Source of the DNA: Acidobacteria bacterium RIFCSPLOWO2_12_FULL_66_21
Lineage (GTDB): Bacteria > Acidobacteriota > Vicinamibacteria > Vicinamibacterales > 2-12-FULL-66-21
DNA: 64,000 bases
Direction: 5' to 3'
NCBI GenBank assembly: GCA_001767455.1
Contig: MELC01000088.1
Location: forward strand, 11,939 to 75,938
Shown here: positions 1 through 10,930 of the stretch, piece after piece
Layout of the letters: the number at the start of each line of letters is the position of its first letter
Numbering within the stretch: the first letter of the stretch is position 1
Made by a program: the position numbers and the translations under genes
Notes under the pieces: model-generated
Databases searched by the model: none
What the model was told of the DNA's origin: nothing
Seen by the model: the letters and a program-made list of their open reading frames with translations, nothing else

Positions 1-1
1 A

Positions 2-985
2 TTGACGGCCGTGAAGAACGTCGGCGACGGCGCCGTGCTCTCGATTCTCGGCGTCCGGCGGGAGTCCGGCCGGATTGATTCGCTCTATGCGCTGGCCGAG
101 CGGGTCGATCTGCGGCTGGTCAACAAGCGTGTGCTCGAGAGCCTGGTCAAGGCCGGCGCGATGGATTCCCTCGAGGCGGCGGGGAGCGTCGCCGCGCGCC
201 GCGCGCGGCTGTTCGCGGCCGTCGACGGGGTGATCGAGCATGGCGGCCGGTGCCAGCGGGACCGCGACAAGGGACAGTCGCAGCTGTTCGGCGGCGACGA
301 GGGGGATGCGGGGGGCGGCGGCGGACGATCGCTGCGTGACGCGCCGGCATGGACCGAGGCGCAGCAACTCGCGGGCGAGAAGGAGGCGCTCGGTCTCTAC
401 ATGAGCGGCCATCCGCTCGATCGCTTCAACGAGGAGCTGAAGGTGTTCGGCGCCCGGCGCGTCGTCGACCTCGTCTCGCCCGAGGCGGACGTGTGGGCCG
501 CGGGCATCGTCGCGGGACTGCGGCCGCTCAAGACGAAGAAGGGAGACCGCATGGCGGTCTTCATGCTCGACGACGTCGCGGCGAGCGTGGAGGTGGTCGT
601 GTTTCCCGAGACCTTCGGCAAATGCGGGAACGCCATCGAAGGCGACGCGATGCTGCTCGTCCGCGGCAAATTCGAAAAAGACGACGAGTCGGCGCGGATC
701 GTCGCGACGGAGGTGCTCCCGATCGGCGCGCTGAAGGAGCGGACGACGCGTGAGGTCGCCATTCACCTGGCCGCGCCGCCGCACGGGCGCCAGACCTTCG
801 AGGCGCTCGCCGAGCTGCTGACGCGCCATCGCGGCGATCGGCGCGTCCTGCTGGAGCTCGACGTCCCGGGTCGAGAAAAGCCGCTCCGGGTCAGGTCCGA
901 GGTCGCCCAACGGGTCAGGCCGTCCGAGCGCCTGGTGGCGGAGCTCGAACTCATCTGTGGGGCCGGAACGGTGGAATTGAGGTGA
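2..985 (+). CDS. dnaE: DNA polymerase III alpha subunit, C-terminal part (5' truncated by window edge)
   Basis: HhH region (AVKNVG...NKRVLESLVKAGAMD), EKEALGLYMSGHPL motif, OB fold (KTKKGDRMA...EVVVFP); precedes accA as is usual. Confidence 0.95.
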   Translation: MTAVKNVGDGAVLSILGVRRESGRIDSLYALAERVDLRLVNKRVLESLVKAGAMDSLEAAGSVAARRARLFAAVDGVIEHGGRCQRDRDKGQSQLFGGDEGDAGGGGGRSLRDAPAWTEAQQLAGEKEALGLYMSGHPLDRFNEELKVFGARRVVDLVSPEADVWAAGIVAGLRPLKTKKGDRMAVFMLDDVAASVEVVVFPETFGKCGNAIEGDAMLLVRGKFEKDDESARIVATEVLPIGALKERTTREVAIHLAAPPHGRQTFEALAELLTRHRGDRRVLLELDVPGREKPLRVRSEVAQRVRPSERLVAELELICGAGTVELR

Positions 986-989
986 GACA

Positions 990-1130
990 GGCATCGCAGC
1001 TCGCGGCTCGCGGCTCGCAGTCCGTGGCTCGTGGCTCGCCTGGCGCGCCGAAGCGCCACGCGCGAAGGCGGCTGGCTCGTGACTCCTCTGGCTGGAAACT
1101 GGAAGCTGGGAACTGGAAACTGATTCATGC
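990..1130. repeat. Heptamer arrays (GGCTCGC-type, then CTGGAAA/G-type)
   Basis: Visible degenerate 7-bp tandem units between dnaE and accA. Confidence 0.8.
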
Positions 1131-2119
1131 CTGCTGATCTGCTTGAATTCGAGGAACCGGTCGGCGTCCTGCTGAAGGAGATCGAAGCCCTCAGCATGCT
1201 GCCACGGACGCCGGAGCGCGAGCGATCGATCGAGACGCTGCGGTCGCGGGCCGACGAGATCCGGACGGAGATCTTCGCCAACCTGACGGCGTGGCAGCGC
1301 GTGCTGGTCGCGCGGCATCCGAACCGGCCGAACACGCTCGACTACGTCGAGCGGCTGTTCACCGGCTGGGACGAACTGCACGGCGACCGCCGCTTCGCCG
1401 ACGATCACGCGATCGTGTGCGGGACGGCCGAGTACCGCGGCCGGCCGGTCGCGATCGTCGGACACCAGAAGGGGCGCGACACGAAACAGAAGATCTTCAG
1501 GAACTTCGGCTACGCGCGGCCGGAAGGCTACCGCAAGGCGCTGCGCGTGATGCAGATGGCGCAGAAGTTCGGGCGGCCCATCCTCGTGTTCATCGACACG
1601 CCGGCGGCCTACCCCGGCGTCGAGTCGGAAGAGCGCGGCGTGGCCGAGGCGATCGCGTTCAACCTGCGCGAGATGATGATGCTCGAAGTGCCGATCATCG
1701 TCACCGTCTGCGGCGAGGGGGGCAGCGGCGGCGCGCTCGGCATCGCCATCGGGGACCGCGTGCTGATGCAGGAGTTCTCGGTCTACAGCGTGATCCCGCC
1801 GGAAGGCTGCGCGGCGATCCTCTGGCGCGACTCGAACCGCAAGGTCGAGGCGGCCGAAGCGCTCAGGATTACGGCGCCGGACCTGATGGCCCTCGGGCTG
1901 ATCGACGGGATCGTGCCGGAGCCGTCCGGCGGCGCGCACAACGACTACGATACGGCGTCGGCGCTCGTCGATCAGGCGATCTCGGCCTCGCTCGACGAGG
2001 TATCCGCGTTGTCGGTGCCGGAGCGGCTCGACGCGCGCTACGAGAAGTTCCGCCGCATGGGCGAAGAGGGGCTGGGGTTCATGGACCTGGACAAGCCCGA
2101 ACCGCCGCAGGCTCCGTAA
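1127..2119 (+). CDS. accA: Acetyl-CoA carboxylase carboxyltransferase alpha subunit
   Basis: LEFEEP, ARHPNRP, ELHGDR, GHQKGRDT, PEGYRKALR, GEGGSGGALG, SVIPPEGCAAILWRD motifs. Confidence 0.97.
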   Translation: MPADLLEFEEPVGVLLKEIEALSMLPRTPERERSIETLRSRADEIRTEIFANLTAWQRVLVARHPNRPNTLDYVERLFTGWDELHGDRRFADDHAIVCGTAEYRGRPVAIVGHQKGRDTKQKIFRNFGYARPEGYRKALRVMQMAQKFGRPILVFIDTPAAYPGVESEERGVAEAIAFNLREMMMLEVPIIVTVCGEGGSGGALGIAIGDRVLMQEFSVYSVIPPEGCAAILWRDSNRKVEAAEALRITAPDLMALGLIDGIVPEPSGGAHNDYDTASALVDQAISASLDEVSALSVPERLDARYEKFRRMGEEGLGFMDLDKPEPPQAP

Positions 2120-2126
2120 GCCGTTC

Positions 2127-3851
2127 ATGAAATCGCTTGTCTGGGATCATCTCCCGTGCAACGACGAGGAGTCAGGCCGGCTGGCGGCGGCGCTCGGCGT
2201 GCATCCGATCGTCGCGCGCCTGCTGTGCCTGCGCGGTCTCGCCGACGCGGCGGCGGCCGACCGGTTCCTGAATCCGTCGCTCGATCACCTGCACGATCCG
2301 TTCAGGCTCGCGGACATGGACCGTGCGGTCGCGCGGCTGGAGGAGGCGATTGCGCGCCGCGAGCGCATCGCCATTCACGGCGATTACGACGTCGACGGCA
2401 TCACGTCGACCGTCATGCTGCGGCGCGCTCTCGAGCTGCTCGGGGGGGAGGTCGTGCACTTCATTCCCGAGCGCCTGCGGGACGGATACGGGCTGCAGCC
2501 CTCCGCGATCGACCGGCTGCACGCCGAGGGGGTCCGGCTGGTCGTCTCGGTGGACTGCGGCATCCGCGGCACCGAGGCGGCCCTCCGCGCGCGAGACCTC
2601 GGCGTGGACCTCATCGTCACCGATCACCACGAACCGGATGGCACGCTGCCGGCGGCACTGGCCGTGATCAACCCGAAGCGCCACGACTGCTCGTACCCCG
2701 ACAAGAACCTGGCGGGCGTCGGCGTCGCGCTGAAGGTCGTGCAGGCGCTCATCGGCAGAGCCGGCAAGACCAAGTGGCTGCCCTCGTTCGTCAAGATCGC
2801 GGCACTTGGCACGCTCGCCGATGTCGTGCCGCTCGTGGGCGAGAACCGCGTCATCGCGCGGCTCGGCCTGGCCGCACTGAGCAGTGGGCCGCACACGGTC
2901 GGCTTGCGCGCCCTGCTCGAGGGATCCGGCCTGGGCGGCCGCCGGATTGACAGCTATGAGGTGGCCTTCATCCTGGCGCCGCGCGTCAACGCCGCCGGCC
3001 GCATGAGCACGCCCGACATCGCCACGCGTCTGCTGCTCGCCACCGACGAGGCCATGGGCGAGGAGGCGCGCGGGCTGGCGCAGCAGCTCAACGACGAGAA
3101 CGCCCGGCGGCAGCAGGAAGAAGCGGATCTGGTGGCCTCGGCGCGCACGGCGATCGACACCGATCCCGCGGTCGGCGCCCACAACGTCCTGGTCGTCGGC
3201 GGCGCCGGCTGGCATCGGGGCGTGATCGGGATTGCCGCGTCGAAGCTGGTGGACGCGTACCACAAGCCGTCCATCGTGCTGTCCGTGGACGGCGAGCTGG
3301 CGCACGGCTCCTGCCGAAGCATCCCCGAGTTCGACATGCTCGGCGCGCTCGAGCGGTGCGCCGATGTCTTCCTGCGCTTCGGCGGCCACCACCAGGCCGC
3401 GGGTTTGACCATGGAAGCGGCGCGCGTACCGGAGTTCCGCGCCCGCATCAACGCGTACGCGGATGCCATCCTCGAGCCGGATCAGTTGAGGCCGCGTCTG
3501 AAGATCGACGGGCCGCTGAGCCTCCGCGCGATCACGCCCGATCTCATGCAGGCGCTCGATCGCCTGGGACCGTTTGGCATGGCCAACCCGCGCCCGGTTT
3601 TTCACGCGGCCGGCGTGGAGATCGTGGACGGCCCACGGACGCTGAAGGCGCGCCACCTGAAGATGACCTTCTGTCAGGACGGCCGGCGGATGCGCGCCAT
3701 CGCCTGGCGCGCGGCCGAACGCGCGGAGTTCCTGACCCGCAATCGCGCCAGCCTGGACCTGGCCTTCTCGCTCGAGCGCAGCGAATACCAGGGAGAGACG
3801 TATTTGGAATTGCGCGTCGCGGATTTCAAGGCACCGGGGGAAGTGGAATAA
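2127..3851 (+). CDS. recJ: Single-stranded-DNA-specific exonuclease RecJ
   Basis: GDYDVDG, VDCG, TDHH, GTLADVVPL, PRVNAAGR, GSCRS, FGGH, PFGMANP motifs. Confidence 0.96.
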   Translation: MKSLVWDHLPCNDEESGRLAAALGVHPIVARLLCLRGLADAAAADRFLNPSLDHLHDPFRLADMDRAVARLEEAIARRERIAIHGDYDVDGITSTVMLRRALELLGGEVVHFIPERLRDGYGLQPSAIDRLHAEGVRLVVSVDCGIRGTEAALRARDLGVDLIVTDHHEPDGTLPAALAVINPKRHDCSYPDKNLAGVGVALKVVQALIGRAGKTKWLPSFVKIAALGTLADVVPLVGENRVIARLGLAALSSGPHTVGLRALLEGSGLGGRRIDSYEVAFILAPRVNAAGRMSTPDIATRLLLATDEAMGEEARGLAQQLNDENARRQQEEADLVASARTAIDTDPAVGAHNVLVVGGAGWHRGVIGIAASKLVDAYHKPSIVLSVDGELAHGSCRSIPEFDMLGALERCADVFLRFGGHHQAAGLTMEAARVPEFRARINAYADAILEPDQLRPRLKIDGPLSLRAITPDLMQALDRLGPFGMANPRPVFHAAGVEIVDGPRTLKARHLKMTFCQDGRRMRAIAWRAAERAEFLTRNRASLDLAFSLERSEYQGETYLELRVADFKAPGEVE

Positions 3852-3857
3852 TAGCGT

Positions 3858-3960
3858 CCAGCTTCCAGTTTCCAGTTTCCAGCCTGGCGAGACCCGCGCA
3901 CCGAAGTCCGGAAACTCGAACCCTGGGAGCTGGAAGCAGGCAACTGGCAACTGGAAACTT
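3858..3960. repeat. Inverted CTGGAAA/G heptamer arrays
   Basis: CCAGTTT units at 3858-3882 and CTGGNAA/G units at 3923-3960. Confidence 0.8.
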
Positions 3961-3967
3961 CTTATTC

Positions 3968-6277
3968 ATGTCTTGGCAGAAAACCGCGCGGCTGGCGATC
4001 GCCGCGTTCGTCCTCGTCTTTGCCGTCATCGTCGTCCTCGCCCTGCGGCAGCGCAAGCAGCCGGCCGCCGCGGGACAGGCGCCGGCGCGCAAGGACAGTG
4101 CGACGACGGCCGAAACCGGCCGCGGCGTGAACGAACTGGTGAACAAGGAGGGAAAGGTCCTTCACAATCTCACGTTCGAGAGCAGCGCCACGTACCCGCA
4201 CGGCCGCAAGAAGCTGCTCCGCATCACCCTGACCCTCCCCGACCGCGGCAACCGCACGGTCGTCGTCACGGCGGACGAAGGAGAACTCCTCACGAGCCCG
4301 GGCGGAGAGATCGGCACCGCGCATTTGATCGGCCACGTGCGGCTGAAGACGAGCGACGGCTTCGAAGTGACCACCGGGGAAGCCACCTATGACGAGGCAG
4401 CCGGCATGCTCAACGTCCCCGGTCAGGTTGGCTTCGCCCGGGGCCGCATGAAAGGCAGCGGCGTCGGCGCCACCTACGACCGGAACCGCGAGGTGCTCTG
4501 GCTGCTCGCACAGGCACACGTCACGCTGGCCGCCGGCAAGCACGGCGAGGGGGCGATGGACGCGACGGCCGGATCGGCGGGCCTGGCACGCAAGGACCAT
4601 TACGTCAAGTTCACCGGCGCCGCGCATCTGACGCGCGAAGAGCGCGCGATGGATGCCGACGAGATAACGGTGATGCTGACCGACGATGACGAGCGTCCCC
4701 GGGCTGCCCAGCTCCGCGCGAACAGTCGCGTCACGGGCGGGAGCGGGGAATCCCCGACCATGACCGCCCGCGATATCGACATCACCTACAGCGACGACGG
4801 GCAGCACCCTCAGACAGTGCAGCTCCGCGGCGACAGTCACATCGGGGGCGGCGCGGACAAGTCGTCCACGATGGACGCGCGGGACATCGATCTTGTTTAC
4901 GGCGACGGCGGCGGCCCCCTCCAGCACGCGCAGCTCGTCGAGAACGCCGTCCTCCAGCTGCCGGGCGCCGCCCGGGCGGGGTCCCGGCGCATCGCCGCGA
5001 AGCTCATCGACCTCGGCCTGGCGCCGGACGGCACGACCGTCACCAGCGTGAACGCGGCGGACACCGTGCAAGTGGACCTTCCGCCCGACGGAGATGCGCC
5101 GGCCAAACGCATCCGATCGGCGACCCTGGCGGCCAGCGGGGGAGCGGCCGGCATTCAGAACGCCACCTTCGGCGGCAACACCGAGTACAGGGAGTCGCGC
5201 GCCGCGCGCGGCAATGTCACCGAAGTCAACCGCACGGCACGCGCCTTGAGGCTCGTCGTCGCCACCAAACCTGGGTTCGGCGCCATTGAACAGGCCGAAT
5301 TCCACGGGAACGTTCATTTCGTCGACGGCACCCAGTTCACCGCCGACGCCCCTTACGCCCTCTATCACGTCGATCGCGATCAAATCGATCTCGGGCCATT
5401 CGAAGGCGATCCGGGACCGCCGGCGCATATCAGCGATGGCCGGGTCGTCGTGGACGCGCGGACGCTCGAGTTCGTGCTGTCGTCGCGAAAGCTCAAAGCG
5501 GACACGCGTGTCCGGTGCTCCATGCAGCCCGATCGCCCGCAGCCGAAGGCGCAGACTCCGGCCGCGGGCGCCCCGGCCGACCGGCCGGCGAAGGTGCCCT
5601 CCATGCTCAAGCGGGACCAGCGGGTCAACGTCACGTCCAACCGTCTGGAGTACGATGGCGCGGCGGGGCATGCCGTCTATCTCGGACACGCGCGGCTCTG
5701 GCAGGGTGAAACGGTGTTCCTCGGAGACACGATTGTGGTGGACGACAGCACCGGGAACCTCGAGGTGAACGGCGCGGCGCGCACCGAACTGATGCTCGAG
5801 AATCCGGACAAGGCCACCGGCAAGCGCACCGTCAGCCGCACGATCGGAACGGCCGACGTATTCGTGTACGACGACGCCAAGCGGCTGGCTACCTACACGA
5901 TGCAGAACGAAAGCCTCACACAGGGACGGCGCGCGCACCTCGTGGGACCGGATGGAGACATCACGGCCGACAAGCTCGAGCTGATTCTCAAGCCGGAAGC
6001 GAGCGAGCTCGACCGGGCGGAGGGGTACGGGAATATCGTCGTGAAGGAGCCCGCCCGGACGGTCAGCGGCGCGCGAATGACGTACGGCGCGGACAGCCAG
6101 CAGTACATCGTGACGGGCACGCCGGTGGAGGTGATCGACATCACGCCGCCGAACTGCAAGAAGAGCACGTACGCCACCATCACGTTCCATCGGGGGGCGG
6201 ACACCGCCGAAGGGGCGGGACGCGGCAACAATCCGATCACCTCCGGGGCGATCGCGTGTCCGGCGGGCCGCCAGTGA
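3968..6277 (+). CDS. Long LptC/LptA(OstA)-like LPS transport periplasmic protein with N-terminal membrane anchor
   Basis: N-terminal TM helix ([18 protein letters not shown]), repeated beta-jellyroll-like segments, directly upstream of lptB-rpoN; ATG at 3968 preferred over the track start at 3356, which overlaps recJ. Confidence 0.75.
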   Translation: MSWQKTARLAIAAFVLVFAVIVVLALRQRKQPAAAGQAPARKDSATTAETGRGVNELVNKEGKVLHNLTFESSATYPHGRKKLLRITLTLPDRGNRTVVVTADEGELLTSPGGEIGTAHLIGHVRLKTSDGFEVTTGEATYDEAAGMLNVPGQVGFARGRMKGSGVGATYDRNREVLWLLAQAHVTLAAGKHGEGAMDATAGSAGLARKDHYVKFTGAAHLTREERAMDADEITVMLTDDDERPRAAQLRANSRVTGGSGESPTMTARDIDITYSDDGQHPQTVQLRGDSHIGGGADKSSTMDARDIDLVYGDGGGPLQHAQLVENAVLQLPGAARAGSRRIAAKLIDLGLAPDGTTVTSVNAADTVQVDLPPDGDAPAKRIRSATLAASGGAAGIQNATFGGNTEYRESRAARGNVTEVNRTARALRLVVATKPGFGAIEQAEFHGNVHFVDGTQFTADAPYALYHVDRDQIDLGPFEGDPGPPAHISDGRVVVDARTLEFVLSSRKLKADTRVRCSMQPDRPQPKAQTPAAGAPADRPAKVPSMLKRDQRVNVTSNRLEYDGAAGHAVYLGHARLWQGETVFLGDTIVVDDSTGNLEVNGAARTELMLENPDKATGKRTVSRTIGTADVFVYDDAKRLATYTMQNESLTQGRRAHLVGPDGDITADKLELILKPEASELDRAEGYGNIVVKEPARTVSGARMTYGADSQQYIVTGTPVEVIDITPPNCKKSTYATITFHRGADTAEGAGRGNNPITSGAIACPAGRQ

Positions 6278-6279
6278 CG

Positions 6280-7005
6280 ATGGCCACGCTCGGCACGCGC
6301 GATCTCACGAAGTCGTACAGCGGGCGGACGGTCGTCAAGGGCGTGAACCTGGAGATCGTCTCGGGCGAGGTCGTCGGACTCCTCGGCCCGAACGGCGCGG
6401 GCAAGACGACCACGTTCTCGATGGTGGTCGGCCTCACGCCCCCCGATGCCGGGCGGGTGCTCCTCGACGGCACGGACGTGACCGACGATCCGATGTACGT
6501 GCGGGCGCGCAAGGGGATCGGCTACCTGCCGCAGGAGCCGTCGATTTTCCGCGGCCTGACGGTCGAGCAGAACATCATGGCCATCCTCGAGACGCTCGAC
6601 CTGGATCGCGCGGCCCGCCGGCTGCGGCTCGCGGAGCTGCTGGCCGAGCTGGGACTGACCCCGCTCGCCAGGTCGCCCGCCTATACGTTGTCGGGGGGCG
6701 AGCGCCGCCGCGTCGAAATCACACGGGCCCTGGTGATGTCGCCGCTGTTCATCCTCCTGGATGAGCCGTTTGCGGGCATCGACCCGATTGCGGTCACCGA
6801 CATCCAGAAGATCATCTTCCATCTGAAAGGACGGGGCATCGGGGTGCTCGTCACGGACCACAACGTGCGGGAGACGCTGCGGATCACCGACCGCGCGTAC
6901 ATCGTGCACGACGGCGAGATTTTCCGCAGCGGAACGCCGGAGACCCTGGCCGCTGACGAGGACGTCAAAAGGATTTACCTCGGCGCTGACTTCCGATTGG
7001 ACTAA
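6280..7005 (+). CDS. lptB: LPS export ABC transporter ATPase LptB
   Basis: [51 protein letters not shown]. Confidence 0.97.
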   Translation: MATLGTRDLTKSYSGRTVVKGVNLEIVSGEVVGLLGPNGAGKTTTFSMVVGLTPPDAGRVLLDGTDVTDDPMYVRARKGIGYLPQEPSIFRGLTVEQNIMAILETLDLDRAARRLRLAELLAELGLTPLARSPAYTLSGGERRRVEITRALVMSPLFILLDEPFAGIDPIAVTDIQKIIFHLKGRGIGVLVTDHNVRETLRITDRAYIVHDGEIFRSGTPETLAADEDVKRIYLGADFRLD

Positions 7006-7038
7006 GATTGAAAAGGGCGGCGGCGCCCGCCTGGGACC

Positions 7039-8466
7039 ATGGCGATTCAGCAGAAACTCCACACAAAGCTCGTTCAAAAGCTCATCCTGACGCCGTCGCT
7101 GCAGCAGGCGATCAAGCTGCTGCCGATGTCGACGCTCGAGCTGGCGGACATGCTGAACCAGGAGATGGTGGAGAACCCGCTGCTCGAGGAAGTCCCGACC
7201 GAGGAGCTGCAGCCGGCCGAGCAGCAGCAGCAGGACAAGGCCGCCGAGCAGCCGGCTGCTGAAAAACCCGACACCTGGGACGACGCCGACTACGAGTACT
7301 TCTTCGGGGACTACCTGGACGACGGGTACCGATCGCGCACGCCGTCGGAAGTCAAGGAACTCCCCCCGATCGAGAACACCCTCTCCTCGTCGGCCTCCCT
7401 CTCCGATCACCTCCTCTGGCAGCTCTCGCTCGGCACCGACAACGAGCAGGTGAAGGAGATCGGCTCGGCGATCATCGGGAACCTGGACGACGACGGGTAC
7501 CTGGTGGCGTCGGTCGAAGAGATCGCGGCGATGGGGGAGTGGCCGGTGGCCGACGTGGAGCGCGCGCTGCAGCACCTGCAGACGTTCGATCCGATCGGCG
7601 TCGCCGCGCGCGACCTGCAGGAGTGCCTCTGGCTCCAGATCCGTCACCTCGGCCTCGAGGGCACGCCGACCGAGAAGATCGTCACCGAGCACCTGCGGCT
7701 GCTGCAGAATCACCAGGTGCCGGAGATTGCCCGCAAGCTGGGCATGTCGATCGACGACCTCAAGGAGCACGTCGAGATCATCCGCAACCTCGATCCGAAG
7801 CCGGGCAGCCGCTTCAATCCGTCGCAATCGCAGTACGTCATCCCCGACGTGTACGTCATCAAGGTCGAAGATCAGTACGTCGCCGCCCTCAACGAGGAGG
7901 GGCTGCCGCAGCTCCGCATCAGCCCCGTGTACCGGCGGCTGCTCGACAAGACCCAGGGGGAGCAGAACGACGAGACGCGCGCGTACGTCAAGGACAAGTT
8001 CCGCTCGGCGCTGTGGCTGATCAAGTCGGTCGATCAGCGGCAGAAGACGATCCACAAGGTCGCAACGAGCATCATCAATTTCCAGCGCGAGTTCCTGGAT
8101 CACGGCATCGAGTACCTGCGGCCGCTGGTCCTGCGGGACGTGGCGAACGACATCGGCATGCACGAATCGACGGTGAGCCGCGTCGTCAACAACAAGTACA
8201 TGCACACGCCGCAGGGCGTGTTCGAGCTGAAGTACTTCTTCCACAGCGGGATCAGCAGCTCGTACGGCGAGAGCGTCTCGTCGGTCACGATCAAGCAGCG
8301 CATCCGCAAGATCATCGAGAACGAGGACCCGCGCAAGCCGCTGAGCGATTCCAAGATCGTCAGCATCCTCCAGAAGGAGGGGCTGATGCTCGCCCGGCGC
8401 ACGATCGCGAAGTACCGCGAGGAGCTCAAGATCCCCACGTCCAATCAGCGAAAGGTCCTGTTCTGA
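7039..8466 (+). CDS. rpoN: RNA polymerase sigma-54 factor
   Basis: LQQAIKLL region I, MHESTVSR helix-turn-helix, RpoN box ARRTIAKYRE. Confidence 0.98.
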   Translation: MAIQQKLHTKLVQKLILTPSLQQAIKLLPMSTLELADMLNQEMVENPLLEEVPTEELQPAEQQQQDKAAEQPAAEKPDTWDDADYEYFFGDYLDDGYRSRTPSEVKELPPIENTLSSSASLSDHLLWQLSLGTDNEQVKEIGSAIIGNLDDDGYLVASVEEIAAMGEWPVADVERALQHLQTFDPIGVAARDLQECLWLQIRHLGLEGTPTEKIVTEHLRLLQNHQVPEIARKLGMSIDDLKEHVEIIRNLDPKPGSRFNPSQSQYVIPDVYVIKVEDQYVAALNEEGLPQLRISPVYRRLLDKTQGEQNDETRAYVKDKFRSALWLIKSVDQRQKTIHKVATSIINFQREFLDHGIEYLRPLVLRDVANDIGMHESTVSRVVNNKYMHTPQGVFELKYFFHSGISSSYGESVSSVTIKQRIRKIIENEDPRKPLSDSKIVSILQKEGLMLARRTIAKYREELKIPTSNQRKVLF

Positions 8467-8468
8467 CC

Positions 8469-8509
8469 GGCTGGAAGCTGGAAGCTGGGAACTGGAAACT
8501 GATTCATGC
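8469..8509 (+). repeat. CTGGAAG heptamer array ending at the hpf ATG
   Basis: 40/41 identical to 1090-1130. Confidence 0.85.
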
Positions 8510-9033
8510 GCCTCGATATCACCGGCCGTCACGTGGAAGTGACCCCTGCGCTCAGGCAGCTCATCAGCACGCGGCTCGCGCGGCTGGAGCGCGTCCTGAA
8601 CGACGCCGCGGTCTCCGCGGTGGTCATCGTCACGAAAGAGAAATACCGCCACCTCGCTGAGATGGTCGTGCACACGCGCGGCGACCACGTGCTCAGGGGA
8701 AAAGGCGAAGGGAGCGGCTGGCCCCTGTCGCTGCGGCAGGCGGCCGAGAAGATCGAGCAGCAGGCGCACAAGCTCAAAGGGAAGTGGGACGAGCGGAAGC
8801 GCGGAAGCTCCGGCTCCCGGGTGATCACCGCGCCGGCGGGCGAACCCGCGACGGCGCGGCGCATCGTGCGCGCCACGAGATATGCCGTCAAGCCGATGAC
8901 GCTCGAGGATGCGGCGCTGCGCGTCGACGGCGGCCGGGAAACCTTCGTGGTCTTCCGGAACGCCGAGAACGACGCGGTGAGCATTCTCTACCGCCGCAAG
9001 GACGGCAATTTCGGCCTGATCGAGCCCCAGTGA
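8506..9033 (+). CDS. hpf: Ribosome hibernation promoting factor (long HPF / RaiA family)
   Basis: ITGRHVEVTPAL N-terminus; C-terminal KPMTLEDAA...FVVFRN...ILYRRKDGNFGLIEP; follows rpoN. Confidence 0.92.
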   Translation: MRLDITGRHVEVTPALRQLISTRLARLERVLNDAAVSAVVIVTKEKYRHLAEMVVHTRGDHVLRGKGEGSGWPLSLRQAAEKIEQQAHKLKGKWDERKRGSSGSRVITAPAGEPATARRIVRATRYAVKPMTLEDAALRVDGGRETFVVFRNAENDAVSILYRRKDGNFGLIEPQ

Positions 9034-10016
9034 CCACCGCCGCGCCTCTCGGGGTGAGCGTTGCGACCGTCCTGCGGGACCTTGCCGATTCCCGCGCGCT
9101 CGATCTGGAGCTGCTGGCCGGCGCGGGCGGACTCGAGCGCCGGATTACCCTCCCTCACACCCAGAAGACCGGACTCGCGCTGTCCGGGTTCGACGCGTAT
9201 CTGCGCGGCGGGCGCGTGCTCGTGTTCGGCGAGAGCGAAGTCCGCTACATCGAATCGCTGCCGCCGTCCGACCGGACCGCGGTTCTCCAGCGCGTCTTCA
9301 GCCGCGATCTGCCGTGCGTGCTGATCACGGGCGGGTTCAGCGCGCCGCCGGAGGTGGCGGCGGAAGCCGATCGCGCGCGCGTGCCGCTGCTCGGGACCCG
9401 CGCGACGACGCCCGAGGCGATGGCGCGCTTCACCCAGGTACTCGACACATACCTGTCGGCGCGAACGGTCGTCCATGGCGTTCTGATGGACATCCTGGGC
9501 CTCGGCGTCCTGGTCATCGGCGAGAGCGGCATCGGCAAGAGCGAGTGTGCCCTGGACCTGGTCGTCCGCGGGCACCGGCTCGTCGCCGACGACGCGGTGG
9601 AGCTCAGGTGCCGCGCGCAGTCGTTCGTGATCGGCACGTGCCCCGAGCTGACGCGGCACCACATGGAGATTCGCGGCCTCGGCCTCATCAACGTGCAGGA
9701 TCTGTTCGGCGTGGCGTCCACGAGAACGTCGAAGCGCGTCGAGCTGGTGGTGCAGTTCGAACGCTGGGAGCCCGGACGCGAGTATGATCGGCTCGGCGTC
9801 GACGAGGAGTTCTACGACGTGCTCGGCGTACGGGTGCCCCTGATCCGGATGCCCGTGGCTCCGGGAAGGAACCTCGCCATCCTGGTGGAGGTCGCCGCGC
9901 GCAACCATCTGCTGCGTACGCGCGGCCACCATGCCGCCCGCCGGCTCGTCGAACGGCTGAACGAGCGGCTCGACGCGCGCGGCGATGCCGAGTCCGATCC
10001 GGGGGAGGACCTCTGA
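9030..10016 (+). CDS. hprK: HPr kinase/phosphorylase
   Basis: HGVLMDILGLGVLVIGESGIGKSECALDLVVRGHRLVADDAV, MEIRGLG, PVAPGRN; GTG start overlaps the hpf stop. Confidence 0.96.
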   Translation: MTTAAPLGVSVATVLRDLADSRALDLELLAGAGGLERRITLPHTQKTGLALSGFDAYLRGGRVLVFGESEVRYIESLPPSDRTAVLQRVFSRDLPCVLITGGFSAPPEVAAEADRARVPLLGTRATTPEAMARFTQVLDTYLSARTVVHGVLMDILGLGVLVIGESGIGKSECALDLVVRGHRLVADDAVELRCRAQSFVIGTCPELTRHHMEIRGLGLINVQDLFGVASTRTSKRVELVVQFERWEPGREYDRLGVDEEFYDVLGVRVPLIRMPVAPGRNLAILVEVAARNHLLRTRGHHAARRLVERLNERLDARGDAESDPGEDL

Positions 10017-10930
10017 TGCGCGAGAAGCGCCACGCGGCCCGGCGCGCGGCACGCACGGCGATCAAATCCCGGTTCGTCGTCCTCACCGGCCTGTCCGGGT
10101 CCGGGAAGTCGCAGGCCATCCGCGCGCTCGAGGATCTCGGGTACTTCTGCGTCGACAACCTGCCCGTGACGCTCCTGCCCATGCTCGCGCAGCTCACCTT
10201 GCGGGCCGGCACGGAGATCTCGCGCGCGGCGGTCGTCGTGGACGTGCGGGAAGGGAAGATGCTGAAGGAGTTTCCGGTCATCTACCGGAAGCTCGAGCGC
10301 ATCCGCAACCTGCATCCGGTGCTGATCTTCCTCGAGGCCTCCGAGGCCGCGCTCGTCCGCCGGTTCAGCGAGACGCGCCGGCCGCATCCGCTCGCGCCGG
10401 ACCGCTCGGCCATCGAGGGGATCCGCGAGGAGCGCACGGCGATGACCCCAATCCACCGGATGGCCGACCACATCGTGAACACGTCGGAAATGACGGTGCA
10501 CGAGCTGCGGCAGACGTTCACGGGTGTGGCGACCGGCACCGCGCCGGGCGCGCAGCTCGTGGTCACGATCCTGAGCTTCGGATTCAAGCACGGCATCCCC
10601 GTGGATTCGGACCTGCTGTTCGACGTCCGCTTCCTGCCGAACCCGCACTTCGTTCCCGCGCTCCGGCCGCATACGGGCCGGGACCAGGCGGTCGTCAAGT
10701 ACCTCGAGCGCTCGGACGCGACACGCGAGTTCCTCGAGCACACGCTGAACCTGCTGAAGTTCCTCGTTCCGCAGTACGCGCGCGAAGGCAAGGCCTACCT
10801 CACGATCGGGATCGGCTGCACCGGCGGCCGTCACCGGTCCGTGGCGATCGCCGAAGCGCTCAAAAAGGGGCTCGCGGGCACGCCCGCGGTGCAGCTGAGA
10901 GTCAAGCACCGGGACATCGCGAATGACTGA
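10016..10930 (+). CDS. rapZ: RNase adapter RapZ / YvcJ-family P-loop protein
   Basis: TGLSGSGKS, CVDNLP, RFSETRRPHPL, SFGFKHG, DVRFLPNP, GCTGGRHRSV. Confidence 0.95.
   Translation: MREKRHAARRAARTAIKSRFVVLTGLSGSGKSQAIRALEDLGYFCVDNLPVTLLPMLAQLTLRAGTEISRAAVVVDVREGKMLKEFPVIYRKLERIRNLHPVLIFLEASEAALVRRFSETRRPHPLAPDRSAIEGIREERTAMTPIHRMADHIVNTSEMTVHELRQTFTGVATGTAPGAQLVVTILSFGFKHGIPVDSDLLFDVRFLPNPHFVPALRPHTGRDQAVVKYLERSDATREFLEHTLNLLKFLVPQYAREGKAYLTIGIGCTGGRHRSVAIAEALKKGLAGTPAVQLRVKHRDIAND

Noticed and set aside
3356-3967. N-terminal extension of the LptC/A-like ORF
   Set aside because: Overlaps recJ and translates through a heptamer array; the TM anchor starts at ATG 3968.
5893-8769. 958-aa minus-strand ORF, and similar long antisense ORFs (2172, 3962, 11784, 20398, 50181, 54645)
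   Set aside because: Shadows of well-supported genes on the opposite strand.
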